Below are positions 31,644-39,614 of a stretch of 64,000 nucleotides of DNA, one piece after another. The stretch comes from Planctomycetota bacterium. Lineage in GTDB: Bacteria > Planctomycetota > PLA2 > JAEUHO01. Made by a program: the position numbers and the translations under genes. Where the stretch lies: assembly GCA_965223505.1 (NCBI GenBank), contig CBDCWP010000041.1:64001-128000 (forward strand), in the 5' to 3' direction. Under the pieces are notes generated by a model. That model did no database searches. It saw only the letters and a list, made by a program, of their open reading frames with translations, and had not been told where the DNA came from. How positions within the stretch are numbered: position 1 is the first letter of the stretch; every line of letters starts with the position of its first letter.

Positions 31644-31812
31644 GGGCCTCCTGAGGTCTCGCCGCACGCGGCCGGTCGCCTGCGCTCGGATGCTAATGGC
31701 GCCCTACCCCCTCTTCGATCGGCCCCGGGGCGGGCCGTCCTCAGCTTGGGCGGCGGTCGGTTTGCGAATATCGTGAGGGATTCGCGTGCCGAATCGGCCC
31801 CAGGAGTGCTGT

Positions 31813-33189
31813 ATGCCCTCGAGCGCCTCGATCCCCGACCTTCGGGAATTCCTCAGTTCGCTCTCGTACGACCGCGACGCCTTGCGTGACGCCAAGGCCG
31901 CGGTCTCCGAATCGCGGGACTTTCGCAGGGAAGTGACCGCCGCCCTCGGCGAGATCGCCGAAGACGCCGCCGGAAACGACGCCGTTCGCCGCACCACGCT
32001 GCTCTACATGCTGAGCCGGCCGGAAGACGCGCTGAACACGCTCGGCGACATCGACCACTCGCCGCAGGCCGGCCTGCTGCGCGGACTCTTGTCGCTCGAG
32101 GTCGGCGATCCGACCAGCGCCGCGGCCGCGTTCGGCTCGCTCGTCGGCACCGGCGTCGAAGGCCCGCGCATGTTGGCCGACCTCGCGACGGCCGCCGCGC
32201 TTTGCGGCGACACCGCGATGGCGCAGAAGGCCGCCGCGAAGTTGCCGCAGGGCGCCGACGCGCTCTACGCCGAAGGCATCGCCCTCGAGTCCGACGGCGA
32301 GTACGAAGAGGCGCAGCTCAAGTACGAAGAGGCCATCACGGTCGATCCGGAGCACGCGCGCGCCTTGTTCCGTCTCGCGCAGCGCTACGACATGCAGGGT
32401 GAGGACGAGCGCGCGCTCGAGACCTACCGCCGTCTCGCGAACCTGCAGCCCACCTACGTCAACGCGTTGGTCAACATGGCGCTGCTGTACGAAGACACCG
32501 GCCGTTTCGCGGACGCCGAAGCCTGCTATCGCCGCGTGCTCAAGGCCGACCCGATGCACGTGCGCGCGCGCATCGGTCTCAAGGACTGCCAGGCGTCGCA
32601 GAACATGTACTACGACGAGGATCACGAGCGTCGCGAGGACCGGCGCAACCAGATCCTGCGCACGCCCATCACCGAGTTCGAGCTTTCGGTTCGTTCGCGC
32701 AATTGCCTCGCGAAGATGAACATCGAGTCGCTCGGCGACCTCGTCCGCAAGACCGAGCCGGAGCTGCTCGCGTACAAGAACTTCGGCGAGACCTCGCTGC
32801 AGGAGATCAAGGACATCCTCGCGCAGAAGGGCCTTCGCCTCGGCATGCGGCAGGACGACGACGCGCCGCTCTACGCGGCGCCGTCCGCGTCCGACGACGC
32901 CGCGGTGTCCGCCGTCTTCGGCGCGCCCCCGTCGCTCTTCGACCCGCCCGCGTCGCCCGGCGTCGCGCCGGTGGCGTCCACGTCGGATCCCGCGAACCTG
33001 CCGATCGAGTCGCTCGATCTCTCGATCCGCGCGCGACGCTGCATGGACAACCTCGAGATCCGCACCGTCGGCGATCTCATCACGCGTTCGGAGCAGGAGC
33101 TGCTCGCCTCGAAGAACTTCGGCCAGACCTCGCTCAACGAGGTCCGTCGCAAGCTCGAGGCGCTCGGACTCACGCTGCGCCGCCGCTAG
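31813..33189 (+). CDS. TPR-repeat protein with two RNA polymerase alpha C-terminal-domain-like modules
   Basis: AGGAG RBS; TPRs; [21 protein letters not shown] and [21 protein letters not shown]. Confidence 0.88.
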   Translation: MPSSASIPDLREFLSSLSYDRDALRDAKAAVSESRDFRREVTAALGEIAEDAAGNDAVRRTTLLYMLSRPEDALNTLGDIDHSPQAGLLRGLLSLEVGDPTSAAAAFGSLVGTGVEGPRMLADLATAAALCGDTAMAQKAAAKLPQGADALYAEGIALESDGEYEEAQLKYEEAITVDPEHARALFRLAQRYDMQGEDERALETYRRLANLQPTYVNALVNMALLYEDTGRFADAEACYRRVLKADPMHVRARIGLKDCQASQNMYYDEDHERREDRRNQILRTPITEFELSVRSRNCLAKMNIESLGDLVRKTEPELLAYKNFGETSLQEIKDILAQKGLRLGMRQDDDAPLYAAPSASDDAAVSAVFGAPPSLFDPPASPGVAPVASTSDPANLPIESLDLSIRARRCMDNLEIRTVGDLITRSEQELLASKNFGQTSLNEVRRKLEALGLTLRRR

Positions 33190-33253
33190 GTCGGGCCGGC
33201 GCGAATGCGCGGGCCCGCCCTGCCGTTGGCCCTGCGCGTCGCCGGTCCACCCG

Positions 33254-33835
33254 TCACTTCCGAAGGGAGCGACGGACGAGCTCGGCGACGCCGGCGTCGG
33301 CGTCCTTGCGAAGCTGCGCGTCCACGCGCTTGCGCGCCTCCGCCGCGTCCAGGCCCAGCGCCTGCAACGCCCGCACGGCGTCGGATGCGGCCTCGCCGCC
33401 CGCCACGGGGGCGGGCGCCTGCCCCGGCCCGTGGTCCTTCCACAGATCGCGCAGCTCGATGACGATGCGCTCGGCAGTCTTCTTGCCGATGCCCTTCACC
33501 TTCGTGAGCGAGGCGACGTCGCCGCGGGCGACGGTCGAGGCCAGGTCCGCCGGCGGGAACCCCGAGAGCAGACTCAACGCCATCACGGGCCCGACGCCGT
33601 TGACCCGCACGAGCGCGCGGAAGACCTCGCGCTCCGAGCTCGTCGCGAAGCCGAACATCTTCCACTCGTCTTCGCGAACGGCGAGATGCACGAGCAATCG
33701 CGCGTCCTTGCCGACGGCCGGCAAGACCTCGTAGGTGGACAACGGAATGTGCACGCCGTATCCGAGGCCCGAGGTCTCGATGACGCAGCGCGCGGGCTCC
33801 CGACTCACTACCCTGCCTTGGATCGACTCGAACAC
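33254..33835 (-). CDS. ruvA: Holliday junction branch migration protein RuvA
   Basis: GLGYGV, VREDEWKMFGF, VNGVGP, KGIGKKTAERI..ELRD, ALQALG; GTG start. Confidence 0.95.
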   Translation of the reverse strand: MFESIQGRVVSREPARCVIETSGLGYGVHIPLSTYEVLPAVGKDARLLVHLAVREDEWKMFGFATSSEREVFRALVRVNGVGPVMALSLLSGFPPADLASTVARGDVASLTKVKGIGKKTAERIVIELRDLWKDHGPGQAPAPVAGGEAASDAVRALQALGLDAAEARKRVDAQLRKDADAGVAELVRRSLRK

Positions 33836-33888
33836 GGCGCGAGTATACTCACGCGCCACTCGTCGGAACCGTCGCAAGAGAGCATGAA

Positions 33889-35190
33889 ATGAGCAGTCAG
33901 ACGTACATCTCGGACCTCGCCGATCACGTCGGTGACGAGGTCACGATCGCAGGCTGGGTGCGGCACCGGCGTTCCTCGGGAGCCAAGCTGCACTTCCTCG
34001 AGATTCGCGACGGCACGGGTCTCGTCCAGGCGGTCGTGAAGAAGGGCAACGTGGACGACGAGTCGTTGGCGGCTGTCGGCGGGCTCGGTTTGGAGAGCAC
34101 GGTCCGGCTCACCGGCACCGTCCGCGAGGACGCGCGGCAGGTCGGCGGCGTCGAGCTGACCGTCACGAACGCGGAGCCGATGTACGCGGCGGTCGGCGAG
34201 TACCCGCTCGGCAAGAAGGACCACGGCGTCGGCTACCTGATGGACCAGCGCCATCTGTGGTTGCGCAGCTCGCGGCCGTGGGCGGTGATGCGCATTCGCG
34301 CGCAGGTCATTCGTGCATGCCGCGAACACCTCGACGATCAGGGCTTCATCGGCGTCGACGCGCCGATCATCAACTCATCGGCCGCCGAGGGCACAGCGAC
34401 GCTGTTTCCGGTCGAGTACTTCGGTTCGCAGGTCTACCTCTCGCAGACCGGACAGCTGCACATGGAGGCGGCCGCGCAGGCGCTCGGCAAGGTCTACTGC
34501 TTCGGCCCCACGTTCCGCGCCGAGAAGTCGAAGACACGGCGTCATCTGACCGAGTTCTGGATGCTCGAGCCCGAGATCGCGTTCGCGAAGCTCGAGGACG
34601 CCATGGATCTCATGGAGTCGCTCGTGGGCCACGTGATCACGCGCGTGCTCGAGCGCTGCCGGCCGGAGCTCGAGATCCTCGAGCGCGACGTCGCCAAGCT
34701 CGAGTCGGCGCTGCCGCCGTTCCCGCGGGTGAGCTACGACGACGCGCTGAAGTCGTTGGAAGGCACGGACGCGGCGATCGAGTGGGGCGAGGACTTCGGC
34801 GCGCCGCAGGAAGACGCGGTGTCCCTGCTCCACGCGAAGCCGGTGCTCGTGCACCGCTTCCCCATGCAGATCAAGGCCTTCTACATGCAGGCGGATCCGG
34901 AGCGTCCGGAGCTCGCGCTCGGGTGCGATCTGATCGCGCCGGAGGGCTACGGCGAGATCATCGGCGGCGGCGAGCGCTCCCCGGACCTGGCGTACCTCGA
35001 GCGCAAGATCGAGGAGGAGGGCCTGCCGAAAGAGGCCTACGAGTGGTACCTGGACCTCAGGCGATACGGCGCGTGCCCGAGCGCCGGGTTCGGCCTCGGG
35101 CTGGAGCGGGTCGTGGCCTGGATGGCGGGACTCGCGCACGTGCGCGAGGCGGCGCCGTTCGCGCGAACGATGGCACGAACCGCACCGTAG
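33889..35190 (+). CDS. asnS: Asparagine--tRNA ligase
   Basis: FLEIRDGTG, YLSQTGQL, FGPTFRAEKSKTRRHLTEFWMLEPE, WYLDLRRYG, GFGLGLER. Confidence 0.93.
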   Translation: MSSQTYISDLADHVGDEVTIAGWVRHRRSSGAKLHFLEIRDGTGLVQAVVKKGNVDDESLAAVGGLGLESTVRLTGTVREDARQVGGVELTVTNAEPMYAAVGEYPLGKKDHGVGYLMDQRHLWLRSSRPWAVMRIRAQVIRACREHLDDQGFIGVDAPIINSSAAEGTATLFPVEYFGSQVYLSQTGQLHMEAAAQALGKVYCFGPTFRAEKSKTRRHLTEFWMLEPEIAFAKLEDAMDLMESLVGHVITRVLERCRPELEILERDVAKLESALPPFPRVSYDDALKSLEGTDAAIEWGEDFGAPQEDAVSLLHAKPVLVHRFPMQIKAFYMQADPERPELALGCDLIAPEGYGEIIGGGERSPDLAYLERKIEEEGLPKEAYEWYLDLRRYGACPSAGFGLGLERVVAWMAGLAHVREAAPFARTMARTAP

Positions 35191-35271
35191 CGCGAAGGAA
35201 GGCCTGTAGAATCCCCGCGCAAACCTCGCGCGGCCGCGTCCGTTGGGATCAACGTGACGCAGAAAGGCACG

Positions 35272-36294
35272 ATGACCGAAAGCACGGCGACACGACCGGG
35301 TGCGGCCGACAAGATCCGGCGTCTGGAGGACGCCGTCGCCCGGACGGTGGTCGGTCAGAAGGACGTGATCCGCGAAGCCGTCGCCTGCTTGTTGGCGGGC
35401 GGACACGGCCTGCTCGAAGGCTCGCCCGGTGTCGCCAAGACACTGCTGGTCAAGGCGCTCGCCGCCGCGAGCGGGCTTCGGTTCTCGCGCATCCAGTTCA
35501 CGCCGGACCTGTTGCCGGCCGACATCACCGGCACCGAGGTGCTGACGGAGACCCCCGAAGGACGCGCGTTCGAGTTCCGCGAGGGCCCGCTGTTCGGCAA
35601 TCTCATCCTCGCGGACGAGGTGAACCGCGCGACGCCGCGCACGCAGTCCGCGCTCATCGAGGCGATGGCCGAGCAGACCGTCTCCTCGGGCACGCAGCAG
35701 ATGAAGCTGCCCGATCCGTTCACCGTGTTGGCGACGCAGAACCCGGTGGAGATGGAGGGCACGTTCCCGCTGCCGGAGGCGCAGCTCGATCGGTTCCTCA
35801 TGAAGATCCTCGTGCCGGCGCCCGACGAGGCGTCGCTGGTCGAGGTGTTCGGCCGCACCGACCAGGCACGGCCGCCGTTGCCTGACGCGGCGCTCGCCGG
35901 CGACGACGTGCGCACGTTGATCGACGACGTTCGCTCGGTGGCGATCGCCGAGCCGTTGCTGCGCCAGGTCGCGCGCGTCGTACGCGCGACGGACCCGCGC
36001 TCGGGCGCGGGCACGGACTCGTCCCGTCGCAACCTGCGGCTGGGCGCGAGCCCGCGGGCGGGCGAGTCCATGTGCCGCGTCGCGCGCGTGGCGGCGCTTC
36101 GCGACGGACGCGGCTACGTGACGACGGACGACCTGGCGTGGGCGCTCAAGCCCACGCTTCGTCACCGCCTGCTGCCGTCGTTCGAGGCGGAGGCGCGCGG
36201 CTTGACCGGCGACGCGCTGGTCGCCGACGTGCTGCACGATCTGCCGGAGCTGCCGGCCGAGGTCGAGGCCGTATTGGCTGCCATCGACCGGTAG
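35272..36294 (+). CDS. MoxR family AAA+ ATPase
   Basis: LLEGSPGVAKT, RIQFTPDLLPAD, LADEVNRA, ATQNPVE.EGTFPLPEAQLDRF, GASPR. Confidence 0.93.
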   Translation: MTESTATRPGAADKIRRLEDAVARTVVGQKDVIREAVACLLAGGHGLLEGSPGVAKTLLVKALAAASGLRFSRIQFTPDLLPADITGTEVLTETPEGRAFEFREGPLFGNLILADEVNRATPRTQSALIEAMAEQTVSSGTQQMKLPDPFTVLATQNPVEMEGTFPLPEAQLDRFLMKILVPAPDEASLVEVFGRTDQARPPLPDAALAGDDVRTLIDDVRSVAIAEPLLRQVARVVRATDPRSGAGTDSSRRNLRLGASPRAGESMCRVARVAALRDGRGYVTTDDLAWALKPTLRHRLLPSFEAEARGLTGDALVADVLHDLPELPAEVEAVLAAIDR

Positions 36295-37452
36295 TCAGCG
36301 CGACTTGCGAATGACGACGCTGTCGAAGGTCATGCTGCTTTCGGCCTTCACCGCCTCCAGCTCGAGCCGGTCGTCCACGATCTCGACGAAGACCGCGTGG
36401 TGAACGCTCTCCCCCGCCGCGCGCAGCGGCTGGTCCATGAGGGGATAGAGCTCGCCGCCCCCACCGCCGGTCGTGATGTAGACCGTTCCGCGATTGTCTT
36501 GCTTGCCGCCGCGAATCGGCACCGTGCGCTCGTAGAAGTGCGCGTCGCCACTGAAGACCATGTCGACCTCGTAGGCATCGAACAGACGCAACAGCGCCGA
36601 CAGATCCGGCGCACCGATGCTCTGACGCGATGCATACGGCGGGTTGTGGACCGCAACGAACTTCCAGCGGTCTTGCGACGCCTGCAACTCCTGCTCGAAC
36701 CAGCGCAGCTGCTCGCTGTCCTCACCGATCGGAAGAACCGAGTTCAGACAGACGAACAAACAACCGCGACGCCGGAACGCGTAGAAGTCCGGCGCTCGCA
36801 AGGCTCGCTTGATCAGCTCGTAGTAGCGTGGGCGCACGTCGTGGTTGCCCCACGCCGGATAGAGCGGCGTGCGATCGATCACGTTGCGAAACGGCCAGAA
36901 GTGTCGCGCGCGAATGCGGTCCGGTGTCGGGCGCGAGTACACCACGTCGCCGACGTGCAGCACGAAGTCCGGCGCCGATCGATGCAGCAGGCGTCCTACG
37001 TCGAACTGCGCCGGACATCCGGATCCGGAGTCCCCGATGATCGCGAATCGGAGCGGACGATCGGGATCGCTGCCGATCGGCGAGCACGGGTGGAAAGCAC
37101 CGACGGCGCGACCATCGTGCAGAATCTGGTACGCGCACCCTGCCTCGAGACCTCGGATGGTGATCTCGTGGTCGAGACGGGACCCGACTTCACGCAACTC
37201 TCGAGGTCGCTGACCCGGGGCGCCAACATAGCGAAGGCCGCCTCGCACCGGTTCCGTCGATCGCCAGAGGACGGTGATGCCGTCCCTCGTCGGATGCACC
37301 ACGTACGGGCCGTAGTGAATGCCCCTCGGGAACTTGACCACCGGCCAGTAGTTCTTGGAGCCGCTGCCGCAGGCCGTGAGCAGCGGCGGGATGCTGCCGG
37401 CGAGGGCCGTGCCGGCCATCCAACGCAGCAAGCGGCGCCGATCAAGCTCCAT
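36295..37452 (-). CDS. Tat-exported purple acid phosphatase-like metallophosphoesterase (lipoprotein)
   Basis: RRRLL signal and LTAC lipobox; GDSG, GDVVY, GNHD, HNPPY, SGDAHFYER (GHxH His replaced by Asp). Confidence 0.85.
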   Translation of the reverse strand: MELDRRRLLRWMAGTALAGSIPPLLTACGSGSKNYWPVVKFPRGIHYGPYVVHPTRDGITVLWRSTEPVRGGLRYVGAPGQRPRELREVGSRLDHEITIRGLEAGCAYQILHDGRAVGAFHPCSPIGSDPDRPLRFAIIGDSGSGCPAQFDVGRLLHRSAPDFVLHVGDVVYSRPTPDRIRARHFWPFRNVIDRTPLYPAWGNHDVRPRYYELIKRALRAPDFYAFRRRGCLFVCLNSVLPIGEDSEQLRWFEQELQASQDRWKFVAVHNPPYASRQSIGAPDLSALLRLFDAYEVDMVFSGDAHFYERTVPIRGGKQDNRGTVYITTGGGGGELYPLMDQPLRAAGESVHHAVFVEIVDDRLELEAVKAESSMTFDSVVIRKSR

Positions 37453-38083
37453 CGCGTGCCTCGGCCCGGTGGGCCACGCACCACTCGATCATGCCGATCA
37501 GGATGAGCATGTAGCCGAGCAGCTCGACCGACTCCTCCCCCATGCGCCGGGCGAGGAACGGCACCCCCTCACCGACGATGGGCTCCCAGATCGCTCGCTC
37601 GTCGAGCAGCGCCCCGAACCGGTGGGCGAGCGCGCCGGCAGCGCACCACGGGAGTCCGGAGCGCATGAAGACCATCAGACTGCTGCCGAGCGACCGGCGG
37701 TGCGGCCACGCGAGCGCGACGCTCCCGAGCGCGATGGCGGCCACGATGAACTTCCAGATGTCGTAGTACTCGAGCGGCGTGTTGAGCTCCCGAACCAGCA
37801 GCGCGAGGAAGGCCCCTGTGGCAAGGATCGACAGCGGCCGCGCGGCCGGACGGCGCAGGAGCAGGAGCACGCAGATCGAGAGCGACACGCCGAGCAGGCC
37901 GACCTGCGCGTTCTCGATCCGCCGGTGTTCGCCGAAGACCGCTTCCGCGTCGTCCATGGGCATCCAGACGAACAGCGTGTGGCTCACGACGAAGAAGGCG
38001 AGCGCGTACAGGCCCAGGCGCAAGAGCGGACCGTAGCGCCTGCGGAACGGCTCGTCGGGCAGCGGGTCGATCGGCGCGTTCAT
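37442..38083 (-). CDS. Hypothetical multi-pass membrane protein
   Basis: About 6 hydrophobic segments, IENAQ / EESVELLGY; lies between two phosphatase genes. Confidence 0.7.
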   Translation of the reverse strand: MNAPIDPLPDEPFRRRYGPLLRLGLYALAFFVVSHTLFVWMPMDDAEAVFGEHRRIENAQVGLLGVSLSICVLLLLRRPAARPLSILATGAFLALLVRELNTPLEYYDIWKFIVAAIALGSVALAWPHRRSLGSSLMVFMRSGLPWCAAGALAHRFGALLDERAIWEPIVGEGVPFLARRMGEESVELLGYMLILIGMIEWCVAHRAEARDGA

Positions 38084-38098
38084 CAACAGCGCGGAAGT

Positions 38099-39349
38099 CT
38101 ACTTGACCGCCGCCTCCGATGCCGTCATTCGCATCTGGGAGCAGCGGAAGGTGCGCTCGGCCTTGACGGACCCGTCGCGCAGGAACACGCGCACCTCGAC
38201 GGACGGGTCTTCGGCAGTCGTATCGAACGTCAGCGTCGCGAAGCTGCCCTCGTAGTCGCGCTGGATGCCCGACGAGATCACTTCCACCAGGTCGTAGAAG
38301 CCGGTCTCGGCCGCGGGATGCACGCGGATCTCGCTGCGATGCAGGTCGCCGGAGAGGTAGAGAACGCCTTCGATGCGACGATCGGCGATCGCCTTGAAGA
38401 GCCGGCGGCGCGAGAAGTCGTAGTGGGCCCAGCTGTCGTCGGGCTTGTCCTTCATGGTGCTGCCGGACGCGAGCACCTTGAACGTCGCCTTGGAGGCCGC
38501 GAGCCGTTGCAGGAGCCAGCGAAACTGCGCGTCGCCGAGCATGCGCTTGCGGTGGTCGTTGCGTGCCTTCACGGGGCTGCGGTGGTAGCGGCCGTCGAGC
38601 ACGAAGAAATCGACGTCACCCCAGGAGAAGTCGAAGAACGTGCCGGGGACACCGGGCGCCCCGAAGGACGGGTTGGCCCAGACCTCCTTGAACGTGCGTA
38701 GCGCCTCGGCCTTGCCCGGCTCGGTTCCGTCGGCGTTGTCGCCGGCGAAGTCGTGATCGTCCCAGACGGCGTAGGTCGCCGCGCGGCCGATGGCGACGCG
38801 GAAGGCTTCGACGTTGCGCATGTCGAGGTACGCCTTCCAGAGCCTGCTGCGCTTGGTCGTGTCGGCGTAGACGTTGTCGCCGAGCAGGAGCTGGAACACC
38901 GGCTTCTGCTCGAGCAGCACGTGCCAGGTGTGCGGCAACACCTTCGGCTTCATGCAGGACGCGGTGGCCATCGTGAAGCGCGACGGGGTGCCCTTGCGCG
39001 GCGGGGTCCGGAAGCTGCCACGGTGGCGGGGACTGCGGCCTTGTCCCACCGCGACGCGATACACGTAGTCGGTGTCGGGCTCGAGCCCGGTCAATCGAGC
39101 GCGCGCCATGCGCGGCCCGTTGGCGGCGGTGCTGGTGCGTGCGACGCGCGCTTCGCCGATCGGCGCGCCGGCCTCGCGGTAGAAGACGCGCAGGCCGCTC
39201 GCGCTCGGGTGATGTGCCCAGATGATCGCTTCGGTCGGCCCGACGTGTCCGACCATCGGACCGGAGAGGCTGGGTCCGCGTGCCGCAGGCGAATGACCGT
39301 CCGCGACGAGCAGCACGAGCAGGACACAGGCGGCGAGCCGAGTTCGCAT
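38099..39349 (-). CDS. PhoD-like alkaline phosphatase D family protein
   Basis: Signal peptide; ASC, LGDNVYAD, WDDHDF, LDGRYHRS, MLGDAQFRWL, LSGDLH. Confidence 0.88.
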   Translation of the reverse strand: MRTRLAACVLLVLLVADGHSPAARGPSLSGPMVGHVGPTEAIIWAHHPSASGLRVFYREAGAPIGEARVARTSTAANGPRMARARLTGLEPDTDYVYRVAVGQGRSPRHRGSFRTPPRKGTPSRFTMATASCMKPKVLPHTWHVLLEQKPVFQLLLGDNVYADTTKRSRLWKAYLDMRNVEAFRVAIGRAATYAVWDDHDFAGDNADGTEPGKAEALRTFKEVWANPSFGAPGVPGTFFDFSWGDVDFFVLDGRYHRSPVKARNDHRKRMLGDAQFRWLLQRLAASKATFKVLASGSTMKDKPDDSWAHYDFSRRRLFKAIADRRIEGVLYLSGDLHRSEIRVHPAAETGFYDLVEVISSGIQRDYEGSFATLTFDTTAEDPSVEVRVFLRDGSVKAERTFRCSQMRMTASEAAVK

Positions 39350-39416
39350 GCGCACGACGGTACTCGGGAGCGACGGCGCCGACCACGAACGGCAGCCACG
39401 GGGACAGGCTCGACTG

Positions 39417-39547
39417 CGCGCGCGGGCCGCGACCGTCTTCGCGGCCCGTCGCCTCCGGGCACACCTCGGGCCCCGACCGATCACGTGCTTCGCTCTCACA
39501 CGAGCAGCGCCGCGCGCGGGCCGCGACTGTCTTCGCGGCCCGTCGCC
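39417..39547. repeat. Pair of 37-bp palindromic direct repeats separated by 57 bp
   Basis: CGCGCGCGGGCCGCGAC(C/T)GTCTTCGCGGCCCGTCGCC at 39417-39453 and 39511-39547, one mismatch. Confidence 0.85.
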
Positions 39548-39550
39548 AGT

Positions 39551-39590
39551 AAACAAAAAAAGGGGCCGCGGCATGCGCCGCGGCCCCTTT
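39551..39590 (-). terminator. Rho-independent terminator
   Basis: On minus: AAAGGGGCCGCGGC-GCAT-GCCGCGGCCCC followed by TTTTTTTGTTT, just after the stop of 39615-42107. Confidence 0.9.
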
Positions 39591-39614
39591 GGATTGCTTG
39601 TCCTGTCGCTGCGA

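Noticed and set aside
31751..31765. Sigma-54-like GG-N10-GC upstream of the TPR/alpha-CTD gene
   Set aside because: The -24 half (CGGCGG) is a poor match to TGGCAC and easily arises by chance in GC-rich DNA.
39417..39547. CRISPR array
   Set aside because: Only two repeats, a 57-bp spacer, no cas genes and no typical terminal GAAAC/ATTGAAG-type end; kept as an unexplained repeat.
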